Shown here piece by piece: positions 10,187-17,447 of a DNA stretch of 64,000 nt; positions within the stretch are counted from its first letter, which is position 1; each line of letters opens with the position of its first letter. Origin of the DNA: an uncultured virus (IMG/VR IMGVR_UViG_3300012665_001205) (Duplodnaviria > Heunggongvirae > Uroviricota > Caudoviricetes > Crassvirales); IMG/VR virus record IMGVR_UViG_3300012665_001205. The stretch is one strand, 5' to 3'. A model generated the notes under the pieces. That model was given only the letters and a program-made list of their open reading frames with translations. It had not been told where the DNA came from and did not search any database. The position numbers and the translations under genes were made by a program.

Positions 10187-10452
10187 AATGTTGTTATTGA
10201 TTTACACATGTAAAAAAATTCTACTGCACTTGCATTGCTTCTCATGAATTCAAGTGCCTCAATATGTATTGAAGATCCGATAAGTGCTTGTTCATAAACA
10301 TGTTTGATTGCTTGTCCATCACTTTGAAATTTATTAGCATCATCGTCTTTTTCAATTTGCCATCCATCTCCTCCTTCTCTGCCATAGGTTTGGTATATTG
10401 CCCATCCCTCATTTAGTTCACTGATTTTTTCAAATAGATTTTTCATTTTCAT
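10183..10452 (-). CDS. Hypothetical early protein
   Basis: EGW...QIEKDDD..F.SD..A motif. Confidence 0.65.
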   Translation of the reverse strand: MKMKNLFEKISELNEGWAIYQTYGREGGDGWQIEKDDDANKFQSDGQAIKHVYEQALIGSSIHIEALEFMRSNASAVEFFYMCKSITTL

Positions 10453-10606
10453 TTTGTCATTTGATTAATAAATTCCTGTACCTCATCTACATGGTCTTCA
10501 TCTAAGTAGGATTGCAATGCATCCTTCATTCTAGTTCTTTCTTCATCATTACTAGTACACCAATCGATGAAATTCTCAATAATCATTTGTTTAATTTCAG
10601 TAGATT

Positions 10607-10825
10607 TCATTTTGTCATTTGATTAATAAACATTCCAGTTACTTTATCCTCCAGTGCATAGTCGTCTTGCGATTCGATTTGTTCGTGAACCACGCAACAC
10701 TGCTCCAACTCTATCTGATACACATCAATGTCTTGCAACTTGTTGAATGCGTCCTTGATATTCTCTGCGTCAATCACGATGATTGTCTCGTATACCCTTG
10801 TCATTTTAAATGTGTGAGTCTTCAT
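10607..10825 (-). CDS. Hypothetical early protein
   Basis: A-rich leader AAAATCATG. Confidence 0.6.
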   Translation of the reverse strand: MKTHTFKMTRVYETIIVIDAENIKDAFNKLQDIDVYQIELEQCCVVHEQIESQDDYALEDKVTGMFINQMTK

Positions 10826-11108
10826 GATTTTATTCTTCTATGTCTGCTTTGATTACCCAGTTATCTAAATCACCAACATTTGGATGCTGATTTTTAAATT
10901 CCTCAAGAATTAATAAGTATAATTCTTCACTGATTAAGTCGATGTCTAATTCAATTGTCTTCATGATTTTATAAGTTAGTTGTTCCGATTACTTTAACTC
11001 TGTCTTGGTTGCTATCCATCCACTTTAGCCAGTTCTCTAAGTGGTTGTTGTCCTTGAACTCTTTTACTTGGGCGAAGTATGTCCCATACTTACCCTTCAT
11101 TTCTACCT

Positions 11109-11372
11109 TTACTCTGAGCATAATCCCCATGGTTCTATCTTCGATGATTTCTTAATACCTAACTCTGCGACAATGAACCTAGCCAATGCCTTTGTACCCT
11201 TGTCCGTATCCAAACGATTCGTTCCGATTGCCATCACCACATCACTGGGTGACATCCCAAGTACCCTTGTGCAAAACTTTACATCTTGCCCAAGGTAGTA
11301 CTGCTTACCATAAACTTCTAAAGTCCATGTGTAGCCAAACCCGTAGCTACCACTCTCTACCTTCACTATCAT
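11109..11372 (-). CDS. Hypothetical early protein
   Basis: Start moved to MIVKVESG (ATGA overlap); YLGQDVKFC.RVLG motif. Confidence 0.7.
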   Translation of the reverse strand: MIVKVESGSYGFGYTWTLEVYGKQYYLGQDVKFCTRVLGMSPSDVVMAIGTNRLDTDKGTKALARFIVAELGIKKSSKIEPWGLCSE

Positions 11373-11464
11373 TGCTCCAATAGTTTGATGCCCAACATAT
11401 ACCCAAGTGCAAATATTGGGGATAGTGCTACAATAGTCCAAATGATTCTAATTAAATGTCGCAT
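11369..11464 (-). CDS. 31-aa single-pass membrane peptide (not in ORF track)
   Basis: MRHLIRIIWTIVALSPIFALGYMLGIKLLEQ*, overlapping both neighbours. Confidence 0.55.
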   Translation of the reverse strand: MRHLIRIIWTIVALSPIFALGYMLGIKLLEQ

Positions 11465-11628
11465 AGTATTGAAATTTGAATGTATCTGTTAAAATCTTTT
11501 TTACCCTTTAATTTACCCACCGCAATGTCCGTTGCGTCATCTTCAGTTGAGGCGACCACTCTCATTCGAGTGGTACGCCATGTCAACTTCTTGCTCTGCC
11601 AGTCAATTACTACCGAATACCCTCTCAT
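11452..11628 (-). CDS. Hypothetical protein, 58 aa (not in ORF track)
   Basis: MRGYSVVIDWQSKK...ILCDI*, ATGA-coupled to 11625..11942. Confidence 0.6.
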   Translation of the reverse strand: MRGYSVVIDWQSKKLTWRTTRMRVVASTEDDATDIAVGKLKGKKDFNRYIQISILCDI

Positions 11629-11942
11629 AAGAATAAAAAGTATTTCGGATCGAATTCGTACTTATCCCCTTCGTACAATGGGTTGTAAACCAACTCTCCA
11701 ACCTCCGTGTCGTGGTTGTAAATTGCTATGCAGTCCTGCGTCATTATCTCGCACAACGCCTCCACATGGTTAGCGGTGATTACCTCCAACTCTCCAACGA
11801 AAGTTGGTTCTTCCGCTCCCAAGTAGTCGCCCGACTTCTCAGCGTAGTCGGTAAGTCCGAATAGTTTGAACTGGTTAAGCAACTTTGCAATTTGCTCTAA
11901 GTTTAATGGGTTATTGTTTAACCCGATGTTGATTGTGTACAT
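11625..11942 (-). CDS. Putative SAM-lyase-like early protein
   Basis: INIGL...G.Y.G.EEPTFV...LC....QDCIAI pattern recalls the Glu/Gln layout of phage SAM lyases; not verified. Confidence 0.4.
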   Translation of the reverse strand: MYTINIGLNNNPLNLEQIAKLLNQFKLFGLTDYAEKSGDYLGAEEPTFVGELEVITANHVEALCEIMTQDCIAIYNHDTEVGELVYNPLYEGDKYEFDPKYFLFL

Positions 11943-12049
11943 ATTATTTCTTTTTAGTTAGTAGTGAATAAATAAAACCAAAGGCAAAGATAAATGCAGT
12001 GCCTAGTACGATGATTAATAAGTCTTGTATCATTTGTTTTTTAGTTTAG

Positions 12050-12316
12050 TTAAAATTCGTTTAATAAGAAATTATTTAATTCAGTAATCCTTCTAAATCC
12101 TAGCCATTCCCTTTCATCTCTAATCTGATAAAAAGCATCACGACCATTACTTGAGCAAATAAAAATGCCATTTTCAAGTTCAATATAAGACAAGTCATTG
12201 CTTGGATTATATCCAATTTCTTTGATTCGTTCTTCTGAGAAGTTATGAGCGTAAGATGCCCAAACAACTGACTTACCAACCGCTTCTGAGATGGTAAAAG
12301 ATTTTTGATTTTCCAT
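12050..12316 (-). CDS. Hypothetical early protein
   Basis: A-rich leader; IGYNP...YIELENG motif. Confidence 0.7.
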   Translation of the reverse strand: MENQKSFTISEAVGKSVVWASYAHNFSEERIKEIGYNPSNDLSYIELENGIFICSSNGRDAFYQIRDEREWLGFRRITELNNFLLNEF

Positions 12317-12321
12317 GATTT

Positions 12322-12600
12322 TTATAGGTTATACTCGTTTAAAATTTCTTTGAATCCTTTGTACACTTGCTTTCTGTATGCATCGGTCACATGACCAACC
12401 AAACTCGACATCATTTGTGATGTGATTGTCACATAGTTAACTTCCACTAAGTAAAGCAACTGCTTATAGGTGTGCCCTTTTACAATACTATCTAGCAACT
12501 CCGCCTTATTTGTCACATGTTGCTCTGAAAAATTGCCAGTGATTTTCGCCTCGATGTGGGCATCGGCAATCGCTTTTACTTGTTTGCTAATTCGTTTCAT
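12322..12600 (-). CDS. Hypothetical early protein
   Basis: Coupled ORF. Confidence 0.65.
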   Translation of the reverse strand: MKRISKQVKAIADAHIEAKITGNFSEQHVTNKAELLDSIVKGHTYKQLLYLVEVNYVTITSQMMSSLVGHVTDAYRKQVYKGFKEILNEYNL

Positions 12601-12845
12601 TAGTTTAGGTCGATTAATTTTTGATACTTCTTAGGAGTTTTGTTGTACATTCGAATGTTGTGTCCGCTAGTCCAACTATTTATGTAGTACTCGTTAATTA
12701 CTATGGTTTTCTTACCCTCCGCTCCATGTAGGAGCAAGTAACCTAGTCCCAATACGCCCTCATTAATTTGGATAACTTGTCCTCCAAATTCATTTACATA
12801 GGTAGTTATTAACTCCTCGCAATAATTCAAACTGAAATTTTTCAT
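12600..12845 (-). CDS. Hypothetical early protein
   Basis: Start moved to MKNFSL after the AACCTAAACAATTTAAT leader; EGVLGLG and E.Y.NSWTS motifs. Confidence 0.7.
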   Translation of the reverse strand: MKNFSLNYCEELITTYVNEFGGQVIQINEGVLGLGYLLLHGAEGKKTIVINEYYINSWTSGHNIRMYNKTPKKYQKLIDLN

Positions 12846-12870
12846 TATTAAATTGTTTAGGTTATAAATA

Positions 12871-12913
12871 GCACCTACTCGCAATCAAATGCCACGCTCT
12901 AGGCGGTAGGTGT
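12871..12913. ncRNA. Three-way-junction element, copy 2
   Basis: Minus strand: CACCUAC / CGC-CUAGA-GCG / UG / GCA-UUUGAU-UGC / GA / GUAGGUG. The 17-nt core matches 13679-13723 at 16 positions. Confidence 0.6.
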
Positions 12914-12920
12914 GTAATCA

Positions 12921-13118
12921 TTATTCGTCTTCGTCCTCCCATTCCGTGTAGTAACACACATCATCTGCATAGGCATCATCGATGTCTCGATAACCTCTGC
13001 TGATGCACCACTGATTGGCATCATGCTCATACTTAAAGTAAAAGCACCCATCATCTCCAACCCAACCTTCATTCATTCCTTCGCCCGTAATTGAGCATGT
13101 CCTTGCAAACTTTTCCAT
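12921..13118 (-). CDS. Hypothetical acidic early protein
   Basis: ARTCSITGEGMNEGW...YYTEWE motif. Confidence 0.75.
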   Translation of the reverse strand: MEKFARTCSITGEGMNEGWVGDDGCFYFKYEHDANQWCISRGYRDIDDAYADDVCYYTEWEDEDE

Positions 13119-13119
13119 G

Positions 13120-13347
13120 TTAAGCTAGTCTAGGTAAGAAAAATTCATCTTTAGTTTTTAACCCATTGTAGTCGTGAATAAGAGTTTCAGCAACTAGGTC
13201 GGGGCAATTTTTATCGAGTGCTACCAACTTATCGAAGTTGATTTTCGTGTCCAAAGTTTGTGCAATGTGAATGCAACCCATAAACGAATGGTTTTTTCTC
13301 AAATGCTTTTCAACAATTTCTATTGTTTTTAATATGTTACTTTCCAT
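13120..13347 (-). CDS. Hypothetical early protein
   Basis: AACCTAAACAATTTAATC leader; HD..G.....FLPR motif. Confidence 0.7.
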   Translation of the reverse strand: MESNILKTIEIVEKHLRKNHSFMGCIHIAQTLDTKINFDKLVALDKNCPDLVAETLIHDYNGLKTKDEFFLPRLA

Positions 13348-13374
13348 GATTAAATTGTTTAGGTTAAGATAAGT

Positions 13375-13398
13375 AAAGCCCCCGTGAGGGGGCGTTTT
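13375..13398. terminator. GC-rich hairpin; terminator or processing site
   Basis: GCCCCC-GTGA-GGGGGC flanked by AAA and TTTT. Confidence 0.6.
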
Positions 13399-13400
13399 GA

Positions 13401-13652
13401 TTATAATTCGTATCCGTGGATTAATTCATCACCCACAAGTAGTACTTCGTACTCGCCTCCGACACTATCGATTTCGCCTAGTTCGTAGAATCCCGAATAG
13501 AAAGCCATTTTGTCATCTGGAAAGATTGCAATAACCTCTGCCTCATCACCCTTTGTTGGATGTTCAACCAGAATTACATATTGACCAAGACTATTTGTGA
13601 AACCTTTGTAAACTTCAGGATTCAAAGCGATTAATTTTTCGTAGTTAAGCAT
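13401..13652 (-). CDS. First early gene, hypothetical
   Basis: NSLGQ...EHPTKGDE motif; A-rich leader. Confidence 0.75.
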   Translation of the reverse strand: MLNYEKLIALNPEVYKGFTNSLGQYVILVEHPTKGDEAEVIAIFPDDKMAFYSGFYELGEIDSVGGEYEVLLVGDELIHGYEL

Positions 13653-13678
13653 GATTTTTGTTGTTTAAGTTTAGGTTC

Positions 13679-13723
13679 GTCCCCTTTCGCAATCGAATGC
13701 CACACCGAACTCCGTGAGGGGAT
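13679..13723. ncRNA. Three-way-junction element, copy 1
   Basis: Minus strand: UCCCCU / CAC-GGAGUUCG-GUG / UG / GCA-UUCGAU-UGC / GAA / AGGGGA. Confidence 0.6.
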
Positions 13724-13728
13724 ATTTT

Positions 13729-14080
13729 TACATTGGACATCTAGGTATAACGCTTAAGTGGATGCTACCTATACGATTCATCATTCGATGTCTAATGTGA
13801 TGTCTGTTATCCTACCTGTTACCCTTGCCGTTAGGTTGCTCTACAGGTCATTTTATTCACTTGTATTGTGTCTCACTTTGCAGTGAACTTCAGCATGTCA
13901 AAGAACTTGTACTATACTCTACTTGTGATGTGTTCATGTGCCTAATCGTTTGAACATCCTCATATTGCTATGGATTTCTTATCAGTTTCATTTAGACCTA
14001 CGCCCAAGGCTAGTCGCACCATTATCTCCCGAAAGTTTTGCACATCACATTTGTCGAGGCAACCTTGTGTCGCCATTGAT
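13729..14080. ncRNA. Putative long structured leader or ncRNA
   Basis: No credible ORF; nested inverted repeats 13731-13741/13787-13797, 13742-13747/13766-13771, 13814-13819/13843-13848, 13856-13861/13882-13887, 13924-13932/14041-14049. Confidence 0.45.
13896..13907 (-). promoter_or_regulatory. boxA-like antitermination motif
   Basis: Minus strand GTTCTTTGACAT versus boxA consensus GCTCTTTAACA, upstream of a 13-kb operon. Confidence 0.5.
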
Positions 14081-14084
14081 GATT

Positions 14085-14117
14085 CAAAGATGGGGGGACG
14101 GGGTTTAAAAATCCAAA
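14085..14117 (-). promoter_or_regulatory. Candidate Bacteroidota-type early promoter
   Basis: Minus strand TTTG (-33), about 21 nt spacer, CATCTTTG (one mismatch to TAnnTTTG). Confidence 0.4.
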
Positions 14118-14199
14118 TTCAGTGCAAACATTTTTTTCAACTTTTTTGTAACTGCTTGATAATCAGTGAGAAAATTTTCAATCTAGGTTGGTTGGCTAT

Positions 14200-14835
14200 C
14201 CATGGTCTACATTGGCCTACATTGGATAATTGGCAGGAAATACACGAAAAGTGTCCGATAATGAACAATTTCGTCCGATAATGAACACTATGGAGGGAAT
14301 GCCCTTAAAATCACTTGCAATGCATTATAAATCAGTTAGTTATGAATCTCTTCTCCGAAATTTGTTGATTTTTTGATTCTTAAAAGATAATGGAGGGATA
14401 AAGCAATCTCTGAAGATGTGTTATCAAAAATCCGATAAAGGAATTGCGCGCGCGCGTACACGCGAGGTACAGGGACGAAGATTTGTTTTGCTGGAGAGAG
14501 TTGACCAGCGTTCAAAAGCGTAGTTGACTCTCGGTCAATAACTGCATATCTGCATATTCGCTTAGGCGATTAAGTGCGTACTGACATTGCGTATCTGCTT
14601 ATTTGCTTAGGCAACTTTGTCACTAATTGTCATATAATTGTGACACAACTGCCGACACAAACGACACAACGACCCAGCAAAATCGACACAAATGCCACAA
14701 ATATCGACACAAATACCATGGCTGAAGGCCTTTATGCAACCATGTTGCACAGGAAAAAGCCAAAAAAGTGGCCTAAATGCAACCATGTTGCAACCCCCCA
14801 TGGCAATTTTTGATCACTTTCCACTTTGATCGGCC
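14200..14835. repeat. Array of distinct duplicated or palindromic motifs
   Basis: GTCCGATAATGAACA x2, ATGGAGGGA x2, AGTTGAC x2, CTGCATAT x2, GCTTAGGC x2, GACACAA x5, ATGCAACCATGTTGCA x2. Confidence 0.8.
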
Positions 14836-14879
14836 ACGTGAATTTTGGTGGTATAACCCAAATAGTGCTTATTTCTGAC

Positions 14880-15060
14880 AAAAAGTGTAAATGAAAACCA
14901 GTAAAATGTCGAAAAAGTGTTAGTTAAAGTGCTGATACATAGAGAGATGCTCAAAATGCGCATTTTATCTTTAAAATAAAAAAAAAAAATATCTATTTAT
15001 ACATATTGTACACATATATGTATATGCGGACCTTTTTTCTGACATTTCTGTCATTCTTGT
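14880..15060. promoter_or_regulatory. Second origin-like locus, inverted relative to 4765-5030
   Basis: AAAATGTCGAAAA 14903-14915 and CATTTCTGTCAT 15043-15054 flank an AT-rich core. Confidence 0.45.
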
Positions 15061-15078
15061 TAATTGGCATACGGTTTG

Positions 15079-15086
15079 TATATTTG
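15079..15086 (+). promoter_or_regulatory. Bacteroidota -7 promoter element for groEL
   Basis: TATATTTG matches TAnnTTTG, 22 nt before the ATG. Confidence 0.7.
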
Positions 15087-15108
15087 CTGTGAACAAAAAA
15101 TCAAATCT

Positions 15109-16665
15109 ATGGAAGTTTACTTTGACCAGGAAGGTCGTGACAAACTACTACGTGGTGTCAAGATTATGTCGAACGCTGTGAAGAGCACGTTAGGTCCCAG
15201 TGGTAAGACTGTTATCATTGACTCTCCTAACCACACTCGTGGTTTAACAATTACAAAGGATGGTGTTACGGTTGCGAAGAGCATTCACTTGAGTGATCCA
15301 GTGGAGAACATGGCTGTTCGAATCGTTAGGGAGGCCAGTGAACGTACTGCGATGACGGCAGGAGATGGTACAACCACTGCGGTGGTGATAACAGAGGCCC
15401 TAGTCGAGGGTGGGATGGCGTTGAACGCTGACTGGGTTACGGTCAAGAAGATTAACCAGTTGTCAGAAAGGACTGAGGGCTTGCTCAACAAGATGTCGGT
15501 GCGGACAACTAAGCGTTGGATCGAGGACATTGCCACAATTTCTGCCAACAACGACAGACACATTGGGAAGCTGATCGCTGACACGTACAAGAAGATTGGG
15601 AAGAACGGTGTGGTGACGGTTGAGAAGTCGATGACTACGGAGACCTATGCTGAGGTGATAAAGGGTATCCGCATGGACAGGGGGTACACCAACAAATTGT
15701 TCGTGAACAACCAGAAGAATGACGAGTATGTGGTGGAGGACTGCTTCATCTTGATGACAGACATTGAGCTAAGTGCGATCACCCAGATCCAGGGTGTGCT
15801 TGAGCCAGTGATCAACAGTCGGAAGCCGTTGTTGATTGTGGCACCGTGCTCTGCGAACTTCACAAACACCATCGCTGCGAACGTGTTGAAGAACAACTTG
15901 AAGTACTGCATCGTGGAGCCTCCTCAGTTTGGCTACAAGCAGCACGAGCTGATGCAGGATTTGGCGGTTTCGACAGGCGGACGGTTCTTCAGCCAGATGT
16001 CTGGTGATGACACATCACTAATTTCGTTCGATGATCTTGGTTTAGCATCGAAAGTAGTAGTATCGAGAGACAAGACTGTGCTGGTTCCAGACCCAAGGAC
16101 TGACAATAGTGAGGCATTAGAGGCTTTAGTTAGCGAATTAAAGCAAGCGCACGACCAGGCGACCAAAAAGCAGGACAAAGACTTCATCAAGGAGCGTATT
16201 TCTTACTTGACTGGCGGTGTCGGTATCATCCACGTTGGTGGAAACTCAGATGTTGAGCAAAAAGAGCTGTACGATCGTGTCGATGACTCAGTTTGTGCGG
16301 TGCAGTCTGCCATGGAAGACGGTATCGTTGCTGGCGGAGGACTTGCTTTGTACCGAATCGGTGAGCAGCTGCTGCAAGAAAGCTATAACGACAGGGTTGT
16401 TGAGTGCTTTGTGAATGCAATACAGGCTCCGTTCTATCAAATTATTAAAAATGCGGACCTAGACAGCCAGTTTATCCTGGATATGCTAAGAGATACGTCA
16501 GGTAATGAGGGTCTCAATGTTAAAACCAGTGAGATTGGTGACATGTTTGACATGGGGATCGTTGATCCGCTCAAGGTTACAAAGACCGCTTTGAAAAACG
16601 CCATCTCCGTGGCTACTACAATTTTAACTACAAACGCAATAATCGCAAATGAGAGAAATACTTAA
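15109..16665 (+). CDS. groEL: Phage chaperonin GroEL (Cpn60)
   Basis: AVKSTLGPSG, ITKDGVTVAK, AGDGTTTA, ATISANND, GIVAGGG, GIVDPLKV. Start moved to MEVYFDQ; no GGM tail. Confidence 0.97.
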   Translation: MEVYFDQEGRDKLLRGVKIMSNAVKSTLGPSGKTVIIDSPNHTRGLTITKDGVTVAKSIHLSDPVENMAVRIVREASERTAMTAGDGTTTAVVITEALVEGGMALNADWVTVKKINQLSERTEGLLNKMSVRTTKRWIEDIATISANNDRHIGKLIADTYKKIGKNGVVTVEKSMTTETYAEVIKGIRMDRGYTNKLFVNNQKNDEYVVEDCFILMTDIELSAITQIQGVLEPVINSRKPLLIVAPCSANFTNTIAANVLKNNLKYCIVEPPQFGYKQHELMQDLAVSTGGRFFSQMSGDDTSLISFDDLGLASKVVVSRDKTVLVPDPRTDNSEALEALVSELKQAHDQATKKQDKDFIKERISYLTGGVGIIHVGGNSDVEQKELYDRVDDSVCAVQSAMEDGIVAGGGLALYRIGEQLLQESYNDRVVECFVNAIQAPFYQIIKNADLDSQFILDMLRDTSGNEGLNVKTSEIGDMFDMGIVDPLKVTKTALKNAISVATTILTTNAIIANERNT

Positions 16666-17155
16666 TATATCCTTTGATCATGAGCAGTTATTGATAGATA
16701 AAATAGCTAATGAATTAATTTTAGATGGTTTTAGTGCAGACAATACCGTAATAGTAACGGTTTCAACAGACTATTCATCTATAATTGGTCAAACACTAAG
16801 ACACTTGCTTAGTGCTAATGGTGAAATTTGTGATGGTTTTGGATTAGACGTCCCATATCCTGACGAATATTGGGACGAAAATTATATCAGTGAGTTATGT
16901 GATATTCTAGATATTTACCGAAATAAAATTGGCGACAAGAAAATATTGATGGTAGAGGCTGGTGTTATTAGAGGAGGAAACTATACATTTTTAGATGGTT
17001 ACTTTAAAAAAATGATACCTAATGATATTTACACTGTGGCAATGTTTGAGAATACAGGATCTGTTTACAAGTCAAACTACGTTGGTGAGTACTATAACAA
17101 TGATACTCATGATTTAACTTTTGAGTGGGAGAAATATAATAATCATTGGAAATAA
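16649..17155 (+). CDS. Phosphoribosyltransferase-fold protein
   Basis: ILMVEAGVIRGGNY resembles the PRPP-binding loop hhhhDDhh.TG.T; C-terminal F.WE. Confidence 0.55.
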   Translation: MREILNISFDHEQLLIDKIANELILDGFSADNTVIVTVSTDYSSIIGQTLRHLLSANGEICDGFGLDVPYPDEYWDENYISELCDILDIYRNKIGDKKILMVEAGVIRGGNYTFLDGYFKKMIPNDIYTVAMFENTGSVYKSNYVGEYYNNDTHDLTFEWEKYNNHWK

Positions 17156-17165
17156 AATAAAAAAT

Positions 17166-17447
17166 ATGAGACCAATAGGTAAGTATCTGGTAATCAGAAA
17201 AATAGAAAAAGAAATCCGCACACAAGGCGGATTTCTATTATCCGCAGACGACAAAAATAAAATGCGCTACGGTGTAGGTCATATTGTCAAGGTTGGTGCA
17301 GATGTTAAATCTGTCAGCGATGATGAGTTTATCTACTACGACAAGTTTGCTTCTCATGAGATGATTATTGCTGGGGAGGTTTTGACTGTAATACTTGAGA
17401 AAGACGTTGTCGTTGTTCTAGAATCTCCTGACGTCTTCTCCGTTTAG
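17166..17447 (+). CDS. groES: Co-chaperonin GroES (Cpn10)
   Basis: MRPIGKYLVI, TQGGFLL mobile loop, G.IVKVG, EKDVVVV. Confidence 0.9.
   Translation: MRPIGKYLVIRKIEKEIRTQGGFLLSADDKNKMRYGVGHIVKVGADVKSVSDDEFIYYDKFASHEMIIAGEVLTVILEKDVVVVLESPDVFSV

Noticed and set aside
12871..13723. Hammerhead ribozyme or complete tRNA for the junction elements
   Set aside because: No CUGANGA core; at about 43 nt they are too short and have no anticodon arm.
13970..14813. ORFs 13970..14281, 14574..14813 and 14607..14801
   Set aside because: They run through repeats and palindromes, have atypical composition and show no coupling; probably spurious.
14200..14835. CRISPR array
   Set aside because: No single 23-47 bp repeat recurring with unique spacers, and no cas genes.
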